Shown: positions 39,297 to 49,492, numbered from the stretch's first letter. The stretch is DNA of 64,000 nt from Bacteriovoracia bacterium (GCA_050251055.1 JBFWNL010000001.1:171825-235824), one strand, 5' to 3'. Numbers and translations are program-made. Notes: generated from the letters alone by a model not told the origin.

Positions 39297-39589
39297 GTTA
39301 TATTAATCAACAAAAATATGAAAAATAAATATCCTCTATTTTTATTATAATTATCTGTAATTATTTATTATTTTTATTAATTTTATTTTTATATAAAAAT
39401 ATTTAAATAAAATATGAAAAATAAATTTCAGATTAAGTGAAAAAGTGGGTTTCATTTTGATTTAAGAGGATAAATTTTCATTTTTTTATTGATTTAATTT
39501 GTATGAAAGCAAAATGTAATCATAACTATTTAATAATAATAATTATTTTAATATTATAGTTTTTCATTATTATAATATATAATTAGTGT
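39297..39589. other. Extremely AT-rich intergenic region with an 18-bp direct repeat
   Basis: About 290 bp almost devoid of G/C; AAAATATGAAAAATAAAT at 39313-39330 and 39409-39426; TATAAT 6 nt before the ATG at 39590. Confidence 0.85.
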
Positions 39590-40468
39590 ATGGATTCGAT
39601 TCCCTCGTTGCGTGGAGCGCCGGACATTTATCAGTTCGATCGTTATACGCAGTACCTAAACGCTTGGGTGGAGTTTTTGCGAAGCTCAGGAGCAGCCACG
39701 CCGAAGGCGGAACTCGCAAAGATCGCCCGGATTTCGCTCCCTTATTTTTCTTTAATCCTCTCCGGGAAACGAAAGCTCAATTCGCAGGTGAGGGATGCCT
39801 TGAGTGAAAACTTGCGCTTGGACGAGCGGGAGGTCCGGTTTTTTCAGGCCCTCGTTCGTTTGAATACCGAAAAAGACATCGACGCACGGGTGCAGGCGTT
39901 GGATGAAATGCGCTCCCAATGGCGCTTTCGGAGCCAAAAACCAGCGGAAAGCGAGGCTTTTGGATATTTGTCGAAGTCTTATATCCCCACTATTCGGGAG
40001 ATGGCGGCTTTCGATGATTTTCGGCTCGACGCGGATTGGATTCGCTCCCGATTGGTCGAAGACGTGCCGAAGTCGGAAATCGAAAAGGCCGTGAAGTTTC
40101 TGCTGAAACATCAGCTTATCGAGCGTGTCCCGGGAGGAAGAATACGGCCGTCAAAGAAGGTGATTCGCTGTGATCCTGAGCTATATCGGGTTTCGTTGGC
40201 GGCTTACCACAAAAAGATGTTAGGGCGCGCATCCGAAGCCATTTTCCAGACTCCGCGGCGCGAGCGTAATATCACCGGACTGACCGTGGCGATCAATGAG
40301 GAGGCATTCGACGAGGTGCGGGATATCATTGATACGGCTGTCGCCCAAATCGTAGAGGTAGCGCGCCGCCAAGAGACTCGCAACGCCGTCTATCACGTGA
40401 ATTTGGTTCTGTTTCCCACCGCAACGTCAAAGCCGAGTAAGGCCGACGACGGCTCCCAGGAGGTTTAA
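39590..40468 (+). CDS. TIGR02147 family protein (HTH plus DUF4423)
   Basis: IYQFDRYTQYL, HTH with LILSGKRKL, IPTIREM...WIRSRL, YHKKML...RERNITGLT, VYHVNLVLFP. Confidence 0.85.
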   Translation: MDSIPSLRGAPDIYQFDRYTQYLNAWVEFLRSSGAATPKAELAKIARISLPYFSLILSGKRKLNSQVRDALSENLRLDEREVRFFQALVRLNTEKDIDARVQALDEMRSQWRFRSQKPAESEAFGYLSKSYIPTIREMAAFDDFRLDADWIRSRLVEDVPKSEIEKAVKFLLKHQLIERVPGGRIRPSKKVIRCDPELYRVSLAAYHKKMLGRASEAIFQTPRRERNITGLTVAINEEAFDEVRDIIDTAVAQIVEVARRQETRNAVYHVNLVLFPTATSKPSKADDGSQEV

Positions 40469-40581
40469 CTATTTATAAAATAAGGATTTTATCCGTTATT
40501 GATGCGCGTCTTAATATCATAGTAAAATGGTACACTAATAATGGGGGGCGCTTTCTGATTCGTCGATTTTGCTTCATCGGA

Positions 40582-41226
40582 ATGCTTACTTTATTATCCA
40601 CTGGCTGTCTGCCTCGGGGCGACGGAGCTACCGTGTTCCCCAATCCTCAATACCCCGATCTTCAGCTATTGGTCGGTGAGTTCGCAAAGGTGGATGGAGC
40701 GGGGTCCGGCCTGGGGGGATTCGTGGACTTCGGGGTTTGTGTGCAGGGGATTCGCTTTACTTACTCCACCGCCGGGCTTTTAGCCCCCGAGACCTACACG
40801 CAGGAGTTTGAGGCGACTTGGATCCAGCTGAAAGCGGAAGGACAGACCCGCGATGCCGTGGCCGTGGCTCGAGTGCCCTGGAAATTGGGAGATGCCGACA
40901 TCCTTGGCACCGAGCTGTTGCTGGGGAGTTGTCAGTCGCGAAGCATCGCGTTCACTCAGACGCAAGGTTCGTTTCAGTGGGAAAGCGCCGGTCTTTCTGT
41001 TTATTCCCCCGTCCACTATGAATTCTTGGGCGACGGGGGAGCGCTTGCCGCGGATACGAGGGCGTCTCGGGAGCTGGGTTTCGGGTTGCGGGATCTCATT
41101 AGCCGAGCAGTTAAAGTTCAATCCGATCAGGAGATTGCCCCTTTGCTGGAGCGCGTGCGCGAAGGAGTTTTCGTGAACGGTGGATTTCAGTTTCCGCTTG
41201 GCAAGCAGATCCACCCCCTGCAGTAG
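40582..41226 (+). CDS. Hypothetical lipoprotein downstream of TIGR02147
   Basis: LLSTGC lipobox followed by GDGATVFPNP; start codon uncertain. Confidence 0.55.
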   Translation: MLTLLSTGCLPRGDGATVFPNPQYPDLQLLVGEFAKVDGAGSGLGGFVDFGVCVQGIRFTYSTAGLLAPETYTQEFEATWIQLKAEGQTRDAVAVARVPWKLGDADILGTELLLGSCQSRSIAFTQTQGSFQWESAGLSVYSPVHYEFLGDGGALAADTRASRELGFGLRDLISRAVKVQSDQEIAPLLERVREGVFVNGGFQFPLGKQIHPLQ

Positions 41227-41326
41227 CAAACGTCTGCGCTTCTTGCCGAGTGACCGCCCGGCTTGTCGATTGTCGGAAGTAGCAAAGCCCCTTATACTGC
41301 TGGAGTACGATGCCTACGGATGACGA

Positions 41327-41449
41327 TCACGAAAGGTCTTCAAAAAAAGTACCGAAACGGCGCTGCGGGTCATTCACCTGCAGATCCAACACCCAAACCG
41401 CACCTGCGCTTCGAAATCCGCCGCGGAACCGTGGCCATTGACCCCATCG
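41327..41449. repeat. Chimeric junction: copy of the M24 gene 3' end fused to a copy of an M23 gene segment
   Basis: 41327-41401 matches 42862-42936 (69/75); 41398-41449 matches 35447-35498 (51/52); joined at a shared CCGC. Confidence 0.9.
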
Positions 41450-41588
41450 TCAGATATCGGCGGTTTGCCCAGATTTCGTTTTAAATTTCAGGCGGCCGGA
41501 GTGGGCGAGGTGGCCTATGCCACTCCGGTTTGCGATGCTGGCGGGAAGTAGTCTTTCTGGTTGCGTCCGTGTCCCTGGAGTTCAGTCC

Positions 41589-41978
41589 CTACTGGATTCG
41601 GCACGTGGCCATTTTGATGATGTGCGGATCCAAATTGGTGGTGAGTGTAAAACCAAACGCGTCTGCTTCTGGACCGTAGAAGTACGCTACCCACTCGCTC
41701 ATGCTGGGCTCGGTCATGTTGGAGGCTTCTTTTTCGCTTAGTCCGAAATGTTTACAAATGAGCCAGGGATATTTCGGATTTGCCCAGAGAGGAAAGTTCG
41801 TTCCGAACCCCATATCTCGATCGAGTGAGATCGAGATGTCGGTGATGTACGCGATGTTCTGCTCAGGGGATTTAAAGATCTTCGCTATCAGGGTTGCCTG
41901 AACGCTTTCGGCTTGAACGTGCCCGGCAAGGCCCAGGAGCATAAGGATTGGAATCAAGAATGTTTGGGGGATTTTCAT
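41589..41978 (-). CDS. Small secreted hypothetical protein
   Basis: AAGGAG SD; signal peptide ending VQA. Confidence 0.7.
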   Translation of the reverse strand: MKIPQTFLIPILMLLGLAGHVQAESVQATLIAKIFKSPEQNIAYITDISISLDRDMGFGTNFPLWANPKYPWLICKHFGLSEKEASNMTEPSMSEWVAYFYGPEADAFGFTLTTNLDPHIIKMATCRIQ

Positions 41979-41989
41979 GTGGATACTCC

Positions 41990-42430
41990 TTAGAAACCCA
42001 TTTGTACGACGCAGCTTAGATCTTCGCGCAGGGACGGATTTGGTGGTCCTTTGAAGGTCAACTGCAGCTCAAGTTTGCCCTGGGCATAGCCGTTGCCGGC
42101 GGAGAGTGTGACCTTGAGCTTCTTGGTGGGAGCGCCGAATTGCCAGTCCATCGATTGCCCGTTCAAGACGATATCCCGGGAAGCGGGATCGACGTTCTTA
42201 GAGGTGACTACGAACCTTTCAAGGCCGAAGAGCTCATTGATCGCGTAGGTGCGAAGCTCAATCTGCTGCGGAGAGGTTTCGGGAATTGATTTCAGTGCAT
42301 AATGGAAGTTCGGCGCCAAGGTTTGGCAGTCGAGGATAGTCTCATTTCGGGGATGAGCTTGGGCGGGCGTGGTTGCCAGGTATGTGGCGATCACGCCGCT
42401 CAGGATCGAGGATAGGTAACGGGTACTCAT
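41990..42430 (-). CDS. Small secreted hypothetical protein
   Basis: AAGGAG SD; signal peptide ending AQA; N- and C-terminal Cys. Confidence 0.7.
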   Translation of the reverse strand: MSTRYLSSILSGVIATYLATTPAQAHPRNETILDCQTLAPNFHYALKSIPETSPQQIELRTYAINELFGLERFVVTSKNVDPASRDIVLNGQSMDWQFGAPTKKLKVTLSAGNGYAQGKLELQLTFKGPPNPSLREDLSCVVQMGF

Positions 42431-42861
42431 GACTTCAGTCTCCTTACGGGTTTGAGTTCTACTCCGCCTGGGTGGAGCGGGCACAGCCATATAGTGCGAT
42501 ACGGTCGATCGCAAAGAAATGGCTCCTTGATCGCGGTATACCGTATTCTAGCGTATTCTGATTTTAGGGCTAAACTGTCAGATGAGTAGGAATGTTCAAG
42601 GTGGAGAGGTACCGCTCGCCCGTGGCTAGCGCAGGCGGTTTTATTATAGTTCGAACGGCATTCCTGCCGGTTGGAGCCGCAGTTAAATGGCCTTTGCCTA
42701 ATAGCCTTACCTAAGTATTCGCCTAAGGCCAGTGGCGTAGAATCTACGGATTCGACGACGGCGGCATCGCCAAGTGCCGACGAGGCTTCGATCTCCCCCA
42801 AAAAAAACACGAAGAAGAAGCGGGTTAATTCTAAACGTTCTTCCGCCCAGAGACGGTGACC

Positions 42862-43569
42862 TCACAAAAGGTCTTCAAAAAAAGCGCCGAATCGGCGCTG
42901 CGGGTCATTCAGCTGCAGCTCCAACACCCAAACCGCGGCCGAAGGAAAAAACGGCACGGTCGCTAACTGCGCTTTGGAATAGCGATGATGCGGGAAATCG
43001 GCAACCCGGTGGCCTTCGACCCCATCCACCAGCAAGTACCCCATTTCGTGCGAGCGTCGTCTTAAAAACTCATAAAGTCCTTGCCCCGAAAGACTTTGGG
43101 ACCGCCACGCGGACTTCGCTTCTCCAAACAATTGTCGGGCGGTTGCGGCGCACTTTTCGGCTTCGGCGTTTTCTCCGAAGACAAAGGTGTCGCCGTAGTC
43201 GCCCTCGTACTCGAGGCCCAGCTCGGGGTCGCTCCATACGGGGCCGAGGTCGATGTAGTAGGGATCGCCCGTCTGAAGCCGGTAGTCGGGTTGCAGCGGA
43301 TCGTTGAAGGTGAGGGTCGTACCCGCGCCGAAGCGAATATAGGGTTTGTGCCAATGTTTGGTAACCCCCTGTTCGCGAAATACCCGCAAGGCAAGTTTGC
43401 GGGCTTCGTCTTCCGTCATGCCCTCCTTCAGCTCCCCGCGGAGGGTGGCCAAACCCGCGATCGTCTTTTCACGCGCACGAAGCAGGCCTTCGGTCACGAA
43501 CTTTGGATCGACGGCTTCCATTGCCTCTCGCGAGGGCGCTAAAATCCCTACCGGGTGGGGTTCATTCAT
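42862..43569 (-). CDS. M24 family metallopeptidase
   Basis: YYIDLGP, EGDYGDT, GHRV and VLELQ metal-ligand pattern of the pita-bread fold. Confidence 0.8.
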   Translation of the reverse strand: MNEPHPVGILAPSREAMEAVDPKFVTEGLLRAREKTIAGLATLRGELKEGMTEDEARKLALRVFREQGVTKHWHKPYIRFGAGTTLTFNDPLQPDYRLQTGDPYYIDLGPVWSDPELGLEYEGDYGDTFVFGENAEAEKCAATARQLFGEAKSAWRSQSLSGQGLYEFLRRRSHEMGYLLVDGVEGHRVADFPHHRYSKAQLATVPFFPSAAVWVLELQLNDPQRRFGAFFEDLL

Positions 43570-43621
43570 GCGGGGACCATAGACGAACTCGAGGAACTTG
43601 GCAAAAGGTGTCGGGGACTGA

Positions 43622-45394
43622 TCACCTTAGGCGTTCATCGGTAATCTGAAGGGCGGCAGCCGGGTTTTTAGCGGCAAGCGGCGCGAGGTGGAAGCGTAAC
43701 TCGTCGAGGTGTATCGTCCCGGCGGTGGTGCCATTGAAAATGAAGCGCAGTCCGCGCACGCGCTTTAGGGAGATACTCCCGAAGAATTCCAGGGGTATCA
43801 TCACGGTATTGAGGACGGGGTGAGGCCAGCCGTAACCCCCCACGGGATCAAGAACCTGCGCGAAATCTCCGATTCGACGCTCGCTGGAGAGATGCCCTCC
43901 GGCGTCGACGAGCCTAATTCCGATGTCTAAGGGCTCGCCGCTCGGGGCGTTCACGGCGGCTCGCGAGATTCGGAAGCTGATATATCCGCCGCTTCTCATG
44001 TCGATCCCGCCGCCTGGTTCGGCCCACTCGGTTTGAAAATAGACGTTCTCACCTGGAGTCTCCCACCCAATGATGCCGGCCTCTAGCTCCGACCAGTATT
44101 GGGGCACCCGTCCGTAGCTCACGGTGACGTTTTCATGTACGTGGGCGGGCCCGTATAAATTAAATCCCGGCGGTCCCTGGAAGTTCTCGAGTACCGGATG
44201 GTAGCGCGTATCGGGGGTGGAAAGGTAGGCCCGCTCGATTTTAGTGAGCGCGCTCAGCGCGGGAGGAATCGCGTAGCGCGGATCAAATAGCTGGTTGAAG
44301 CGCACGTCGGCGTTGGCTCCCAGATTGGCGCGAAATAGCGCGAGTACGGCGCTCGAAGCGATTTGACGTTGAGCCGGCGATCCATTCAACGAGGGTTGAT
44401 CGATGGGAAACAACGGTGCATGACCGAAACAGCCAAACCCATCGGCGACGTGCCATTCCGTATTGAAGTAGTTATGGTTCGCGCCCCACACGTACAGCAG
44501 TGATTTGAGTTGAGGCGAGCTTTCACGATGAATGTTCATCGCCCGGTCAAACGGACGAACCCCCAGCAGCAGGGCGTTGTCGTCGTCGCAAGCGGGAAGA
44601 ATCTGGGCCCACGCTAAGCCATCGACGTTAAACAAACGGGTATATCGGCTGTCCATGCCGGCGATTTCGAATACGGCCCGCACTCGCAGGGGGTCGGGGA
44701 TAACGCCGGGCCAGATGCTGCCCGGATCCCGGTACAAGGTGGGCACGGCCCGCATCGCCTCGCCGCCGCGAGAGTGGCCTAGGAGCCCGACTTGCTGGAA
44801 GTCGATCCGACCGCGCAAGTCGATCCCGAAGTCGGCGGGAGTGGGGGCGTCTCCCCGATTCCAATGGCTAAGATACGCCAAGTGTTTGAGTACGAGGCGA
44901 GCCCGAGCCTGGACAAGTCCTTCGTCATCCTCAGGCGATTCCATGCAGTTGATGCCGCGGTTGGAGTTCACCGACACAACGAAGTATCCCCACGAAGCAA
45001 GCTGGTTGGCCAGATAGTCGAAGCCACGATGGCTCGGGATGACGACTTCACCGGGGCCGCAGGTGCCAGTGCTTGCGTACTGACAGGAACCTGGCTGCCG
45101 ATACGCGGTTCCCTGCCAGATTCCGCAGGTCGGGTGATTCCCATGTAGGAAGACAACCAGCGGTAAGGGCGCCGGGGGGGCTTGCTTGGGCCAGTAGAAC
45201 TCACCCCAGATTTCCGTAATCCGGTTGGGGAGGACCTGCGGGTCGAGTGCGGGAGGGAGCCGGTATTCAGCGTGGCGTGCCGTGTAGGGGCCGAATCCCG
45301 CGGCGTCAGGCGCCAGGGGCGGAGCCGACCAGGCCAGCGGGAGCGAAAGCCAAGTCAACGCCACTAAAGAAATGAATGGATGCTGCCCCCACAC
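43622..45394 (-). CDS. Secreted alpha/beta hydrolase with C-terminal beta-sandwich domain
   Basis: Signal peptide; LVVFLHGNH, GHSRGG nucleophile elbow, GANHNYFNTEW. Confidence 0.8.
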   Translation of the reverse strand: MWGQHPFISLVALTWLSLPLAWSAPPLAPDAAGFGPYTARHAEYRLPPALDPQVLPNRITEIWGEFYWPKQAPPAPLPLVVFLHGNHPTCGIWQGTAYRQPGSCQYASTGTCGPGEVVIPSHRGFDYLANQLASWGYFVVSVNSNRGINCMESPEDDEGLVQARARLVLKHLAYLSHWNRGDAPTPADFGIDLRGRIDFQQVGLLGHSRGGEAMRAVPTLYRDPGSIWPGVIPDPLRVRAVFEIAGMDSRYTRLFNVDGLAWAQILPACDDDNALLLGVRPFDRAMNIHRESSPQLKSLLYVWGANHNYFNTEWHVADGFGCFGHAPLFPIDQPSLNGSPAQRQIASSAVLALFRANLGANADVRFNQLFDPRYAIPPALSALTKIERAYLSTPDTRYHPVLENFQGPPGFNLYGPAHVHENVTVSYGRVPQYWSELEAGIIGWETPGENVYFQTEWAEPGGGIDMRSGGYISFRISRAAVNAPSGEPLDIGIRLVDAGGHLSSERRIGDFAQVLDPVGGYGWPHPVLNTVMIPLEFFGSISLKRVRGLRFIFNGTTAGTIHLDELRFHLAPLAAKNPAAALQITDERLR

Positions 45395-45514
45395 GCGAGA
45401 ATGCCTTTCACGATCCGACCCGAAAAGGGGGCACCACTCCGGGCGGATCTATTTCTTCTAAGGTACCAGTCCCCGGCGTCGCGGAGAATGTGTCAAATAT
45501 TACTGGACGGGTTG

Positions 45515-46876
45515 CTACTTTGTGCGTCCGCCCCGCCGACCACGCCCTCCCCGGCGCCGCTTCCGACGGCCATTGCCGGACGGAGCATCTCTTCCCGGCG
45601 CCGCGGCCGAGCCGCTTCGTGCGTCCGCCAGGTTCCGAACGGACTGGCGGTTGCCGCCGCTGCGTTGTTTACCCCGCCGAGTTTGTACGGCGAGGCCCGG
45701 TGGCGTGGCGATCACGCTGAGTTTTCGGCGGATCGTGCGCTCGATGTTGGCGAGATTCGTTTTCTCGTCGGGCGCGCAGAACGCGACCGCGATTCCGCTA
45801 TGGCCCGCGCGCGCGGTGCGGCCAATGCGATGGACGTAGTTTTCGGCCACGTCCGGGATGTCGTAGTTATAGACGTGCGTGACTTGGTCGATGTCGATGC
45901 CGCGCGAGGCGATGTCCGTCGCCACCAACACTTGCACGTCGCCCGACTTCAAGCTGTCGAGCGCCCGTTCGCGCGCGCCCTGGGACTTGTTGCCGTGGAT
46001 CGCCGCCGCTCCGAAGCCCGCAGCCTCCAGTCCTTCGGCCACCCGGTTGGCATCTCGTTTGGTCCGCGTGAAGACCAGGGTGCGTTTCGCCGTCGGATCC
46101 TTGAGGAGATGGATCAAGAGCGAGAGCTTCTGGTTTTCGTTAACGAAGAAGATCGCCTGGGCGATTTTTTCCGCGGTCGTTGCCGCGGGCGTGACTTCCA
46201 CTTTCAAGGGGTCCGTCAGGATCTGGTGCGCGAGCTTGCCGATCTCGGGTGGCATCGTCGCCGAGAAAAATAGCGTCTGGCGTTTCGTGGGGAGCATCGC
46301 GATCACGCGTTTCACGTCATGGATAAAGCCCATGTCGAGCATTCGGTCGGCTTCGTCCAGCACGAAAATCTCCAGGTACTGGAAGTTCAGCGCGCGCTGC
46401 TGGAGCAGGTCGAGCAGGCGCCCCGGCGTGGCGATCAAGATATCCACGCCTTTTCGTAGTACGGCAACCTGGGGGTTTTGGCCCACGCCCCCGAAGATGA
46501 CGGTATTACGAAGGTGTAGCCCGCGGCCGTAATTGGAGAAACTGTCGCCAATCTGGGTCGCCAGCTCGCGCGTTGGGGTGAGGATCAGGGCCCGAATGCG
46601 GGGGCGTCCGTCGCGTGTCTGCTTGTGGTTCTGGTCGAGTAACTGAAGAATGGGCAGTGCGAATGCCGCCGTCTTGCCGGTCCCCGTTTGGGCGCAGCCC
46701 AAGAGATCGCGCCCCGACAGCACGATAGGGATAGCCTTTTGCTGGATTGGGGTGGGGGTGGCATACCCCTCCGCCTTTACCGCGTGAAGGATCGGGGCAA
46801 TGAGCTTGAGCTCATCGAAACTGGTGGGGCTCGGGGATGTCACTTCAGAAGGTGTTTGCATTCTCTTTAGATTCAA
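45515..46876 (-). CDS. rhlE: DEAD-box RNA helicase (RhlE-like)
   Basis: Q motif, AQTGTGKT, PTRELA, DEAD, SAT, HRIGRTARAG; basic C-terminal tail. Confidence 0.9.
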   Translation of the reverse strand: MNLKRMQTPSEVTSPSPTSFDELKLIAPILHAVKAEGYATPTPIQQKAIPIVLSGRDLLGCAQTGTGKTAAFALPILQLLDQNHKQTRDGRPRIRALILTPTRELATQIGDSFSNYGRGLHLRNTVIFGGVGQNPQVAVLRKGVDILIATPGRLLDLLQQRALNFQYLEIFVLDEADRMLDMGFIHDVKRVIAMLPTKRQTLFFSATMPPEIGKLAHQILTDPLKVEVTPAATTAEKIAQAIFFVNENQKLSLLIHLLKDPTAKRTLVFTRTKRDANRVAEGLEAAGFGAAAIHGNKSQGARERALDSLKSGDVQVLVATDIASRGIDIDQVTHVYNYDIPDVAENYVHRIGRTARAGHSGIAVAFCAPDEKTNLANIERTIRRKLSVIATPPGLAVQTRRGKQRSGGNRQSVRNLADARSGSAAAPGRDAPSGNGRRKRRRGGRGRRGGRTK

Positions 46877-46893
46877 GTCAGTAACACACTTGT

Positions 46894-48084
46894 ATGCAGG
46901 ATGTCATTATATTGGGCGCGGGGGGCGCCGGCATGATGTGCGCGATTGAGGCCGGCCGCCGCGGCCGGCGGGTCCTGCTGATGGATCATTATAAGAAGTT
47001 AGGAGGCAAAATCCTCATTTCCGGAGGGGGCCGCTGCAATTTCACGAATTTAGGCGCTAGCCCAGTCAATTACGTGTCCGAAAACCCCCATTTCATGAAA
47101 TCGGCGTTGTCGCGCTACCCGTCTTCTCAATTCATCAAAATGGTCGAATCCTATGGGATCGCCTATCACGAGAAGAAGCTCGGGCAGCTTTTCTGCGATG
47201 AATCGGCCCAGTCCATCGTCGACATGCTCAAGGCGGGATGTGACGGGGTGGGCGCCCAGTTTCGGCTAGAGTGCCGGATTGACCGAGTAGAGACTCGCGA
47301 CGGTGGGGGCTTCCGAGTGGAGACGAGCCAGGGCCCGTTTGAAGCGGAGTCCTTGGTGGTGGCCACCGGCGGCCTGTCCATCCCGAAAATCGGCGCTACC
47401 GACTTGGGCTATCGTCTAGCGGCTCAGTTTGGGTTGCGGGTGACCGAGCGGGCGCCGGCGCTCGATGGGTTCGTTTTTTCCTCGGCGGACCAGCCCGTCT
47501 TCGCCGACTTGGCAGGGATCTCCATCGACTGCGTAATGAGCTGCAAGGGGATGGGGTTCCGGGAAAACCTGCTTTTCACTCATACAGGATTAAGCGGCCC
47601 CGCGGCCCTGCAAGCCTCTTTGCATTGGTATCCCGGGGATGAGGTCAGCGTGAATCTGCTCCCGGAGCTGTCGGCGGGGGACTGGCTGATCGAAAAGAAG
47701 AAGGCCGGATCGCGTTCGCTCACTCGTAACTTGCTCGCCGAGAAGTTGCCCGCGCGCTTCGCGGAGCGTTTTGTCGAACGCCTAAACCTGACCCAGTTTC
47801 CCGCGGAGCTTTCGATGGATCGGGTCCCGGATAAGGCCTTGCAGGACCTTGGTCGCCGCTTGAATGCATGGACGTTCGTTCCTTCGGGAACGGTGGGGTA
47901 CCAAAAGGCCGAGGTCACACGAGGGGGCGTGGATACCCGTGATCTATCTTCCAAGACGATGCAGGCGAATCAGGTGCCAGGTCTGTACTTCGTCGGAGAG
48001 GTTGTAGACGTTACCGGCTGGCTCGGGGGTTACAACTTCCAGTGGGCGTGGGCGTCGGGCTGGGCGGCCGGCCAGGTTGTGTAG
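46894..48084 (+). CDS. HI0933/YhiN family NAD(P)/FAD-dependent oxidoreductase
   Basis: GAGGAG, KILISGGGRCNFTN, ATGGLSIP, LFTHTGLSGP, GGYNFQWAW. Confidence 0.93.
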   Translation: MQDVIILGAGGAGMMCAIEAGRRGRRVLLMDHYKKLGGKILISGGGRCNFTNLGASPVNYVSENPHFMKSALSRYPSSQFIKMVESYGIAYHEKKLGQLFCDESAQSIVDMLKAGCDGVGAQFRLECRIDRVETRDGGGFRVETSQGPFEAESLVVATGGLSIPKIGATDLGYRLAAQFGLRVTERAPALDGFVFSSADQPVFADLAGISIDCVMSCKGMGFRENLLFTHTGLSGPAALQASLHWYPGDEVSVNLLPELSAGDWLIEKKKAGSRSLTRNLLAEKLPARFAERFVERLNLTQFPAELSMDRVPDKALQDLGRRLNAWTFVPSGTVGYQKAEVTRGGVDTRDLSSKTMQANQVPGLYFVGEVVDVTGWLGGYNFQWAWASGWAAGQVV

Positions 48085-48122
48085 GCTTGCAAACTCAAGT
48101 TAAAGGTGTAGCTTATTAAGGA

Positions 48123-48818
48123 ATGGGCACCCTAGACGTACACGCAGACCTGGGCCAGCTGCTGGCCTTTTTCGCCCCCAAGATTTTTTGGGGACTGATT
48201 TGCGGCGGAATTATCGGCCTCGAGCGCGAGCTCAAGCACAAATCCGCCGGCATCAAAACGAACATGTTGATCTGCGTGGGCGCTGTGATCTATTCCGCGA
48301 TTTCCGTGCTCATCTCCGAAGTGCATGCCAAGCAAAGCGGCGCCTTCAGCGATCCTGGCCGCGTGGCCGCGCAGATCGTATCGGGTATCGGCTTTCTAGG
48401 CGGCGGCGCAATTATTCAGTCCCGCGGAACCGTCCACGGTCTGACCACCGCGGCTACGATCTGGGTAGTGGCGGCACTGGGGACCTGCATCGGCTTAGGT
48501 TACTCCATGATCGCCGTATGCGTGGCTTTGCTGGTAGTCGTGGTGTTGACCCTGATTACCTTCATCGAAGGTCGTTTCATGGGGCGCTCCCACCTTTATC
48601 ATTGTGAGATTACGGTCGATGACCCGGCCGGCACCATTCGCAAGAGCGTCAACGACGCCATAGAAGAGAATAATCTTCACCTGAGCGACTTTGACTTCGG
48701 CATGAACGGCGATGACTCCACCATGGTCATTAAGTATCGTGGGTTTGTCACGGACCATAAGAAGTTCCTCATGGATCTCTGGTGCATCTCCGGCATCAAA
48801 GAAGTGAAGCAGCGCTAG
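48123..48818 (+). CDS. MgtC/SapB family protein
   Basis: IGLERE...AGIKT, RVAAQIVSGIGFLGGG, GLTTAATIW. Confidence 0.92.
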   Translation: MGTLDVHADLGQLLAFFAPKIFWGLICGGIIGLERELKHKSAGIKTNMLICVGAVIYSAISVLISEVHAKQSGAFSDPGRVAAQIVSGIGFLGGGAIIQSRGTVHGLTTAATIWVVAALGTCIGLGYSMIAVCVALLVVVVLTLITFIEGRFMGRSHLYHCEITVDDPAGTIRKSVNDAIEENNLHLSDFDFGMNGDDSTMVIKYRGFVTDHKKFLMDLWCISGIKEVKQR

Positions 48819-48928
48819 CTGCTTATTTAATAAATATATAACAATCATAGCTATTATATATTTTCCAAATAGTGGATGCTCGCCTACTTTCCGCTTCGAC
48901 GTAACGATTTAACTCGAAGGGGAAGTAT

Positions 48929-49492
48929 ATGAAGCCAGGATTCATCGGAAAAACGGCGAAACTGACGGCAGCTTTGGGGCTATTGACCTTGGGCTCGGCG
49001 GTAGGCGCTTTCGCGAACGATAGTTATCGCCGGGTGCGGCTGGCAGGGGACACGAAGCAAGCGCTGGAGCGCTGCGTGGAAGGCGTAGAAGCCGGAATGG
49101 CTACGGACGTGGTGGCCTGCCCGGTGGTGAAGCGTTACGAGGTGAAAAATCTCAAGCGAGCGCTCAAAGTGCTACTCGCGGACGAGGGCGTTTCCGACGC
49201 GGTTTTGCTACCGTCCCACTTCGCTTTGGCCAAGCTCATCGATAGCATCAACGCCCAGCAAGCGCAGGTGGAAGAGTCCTGTGAAGGCCATATGGAACCT
49301 GCTCGCGAGGCCCTGGTGAACGTGAAGAAAGAGCTTCGTCAATTGGTTTCTCTGAACGCGCGTGCCGGTGGGTATGCGCTTTTTGAAGCGGATACGTATT
49401 GGGCTCCGAGCGTGAACGCCCGCGCCCTCGTGCTGGTGAATCCAAAGGACCTGACGGTTACCATCGTGATGCATGGAGATACCGACGGCTGA
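48929..49492 (+). CDS. Secreted hypothetical protein
   Basis: Signal peptide ending AFA; AT-rich upstream region. Confidence 0.7.
   Translation: MKPGFIGKTAKLTAALGLLTLGSAVGAFANDSYRRVRLAGDTKQALERCVEGVEAGMATDVVACPVVKRYEVKNLKRALKVLLADEGVSDAVLLPSHFALAKLIDSINAQQAQVEESCEGHMEPAREALVNVKKELRQLVSLNARAGGYALFEADTYWAPSVNARALVLVNPKDLTVTIVMHGDTDG

Noticed and set aside
39297-39589. Replication origin (oriC) in the AT-rich tract
   Set aside because: No clustered TTATCCACA DnaA boxes and no dnaA/gidA/parAB context.
41495-41529. GCCGGAGTGG... resembling a tRNA-Leu/Ser 5' end
   Set aside because: No anticodon or T arm; it is a 10-bp hairpin (GCCGGAGTGG/CCACTCCGGT), more likely a terminator.
42671-42859. Short + strand ORF with a Lys-rich tail ending next to the M24 stop
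   Set aside because: Could be a gene remnant, but has no recognisable homology or SD; unsupported.
35600-42860. Integrative mobile element or prophage at tRNA-Arg
   Set aside because: No integrase, transposase or phage gene, and no duplicated tRNA 3' end seen in the window.
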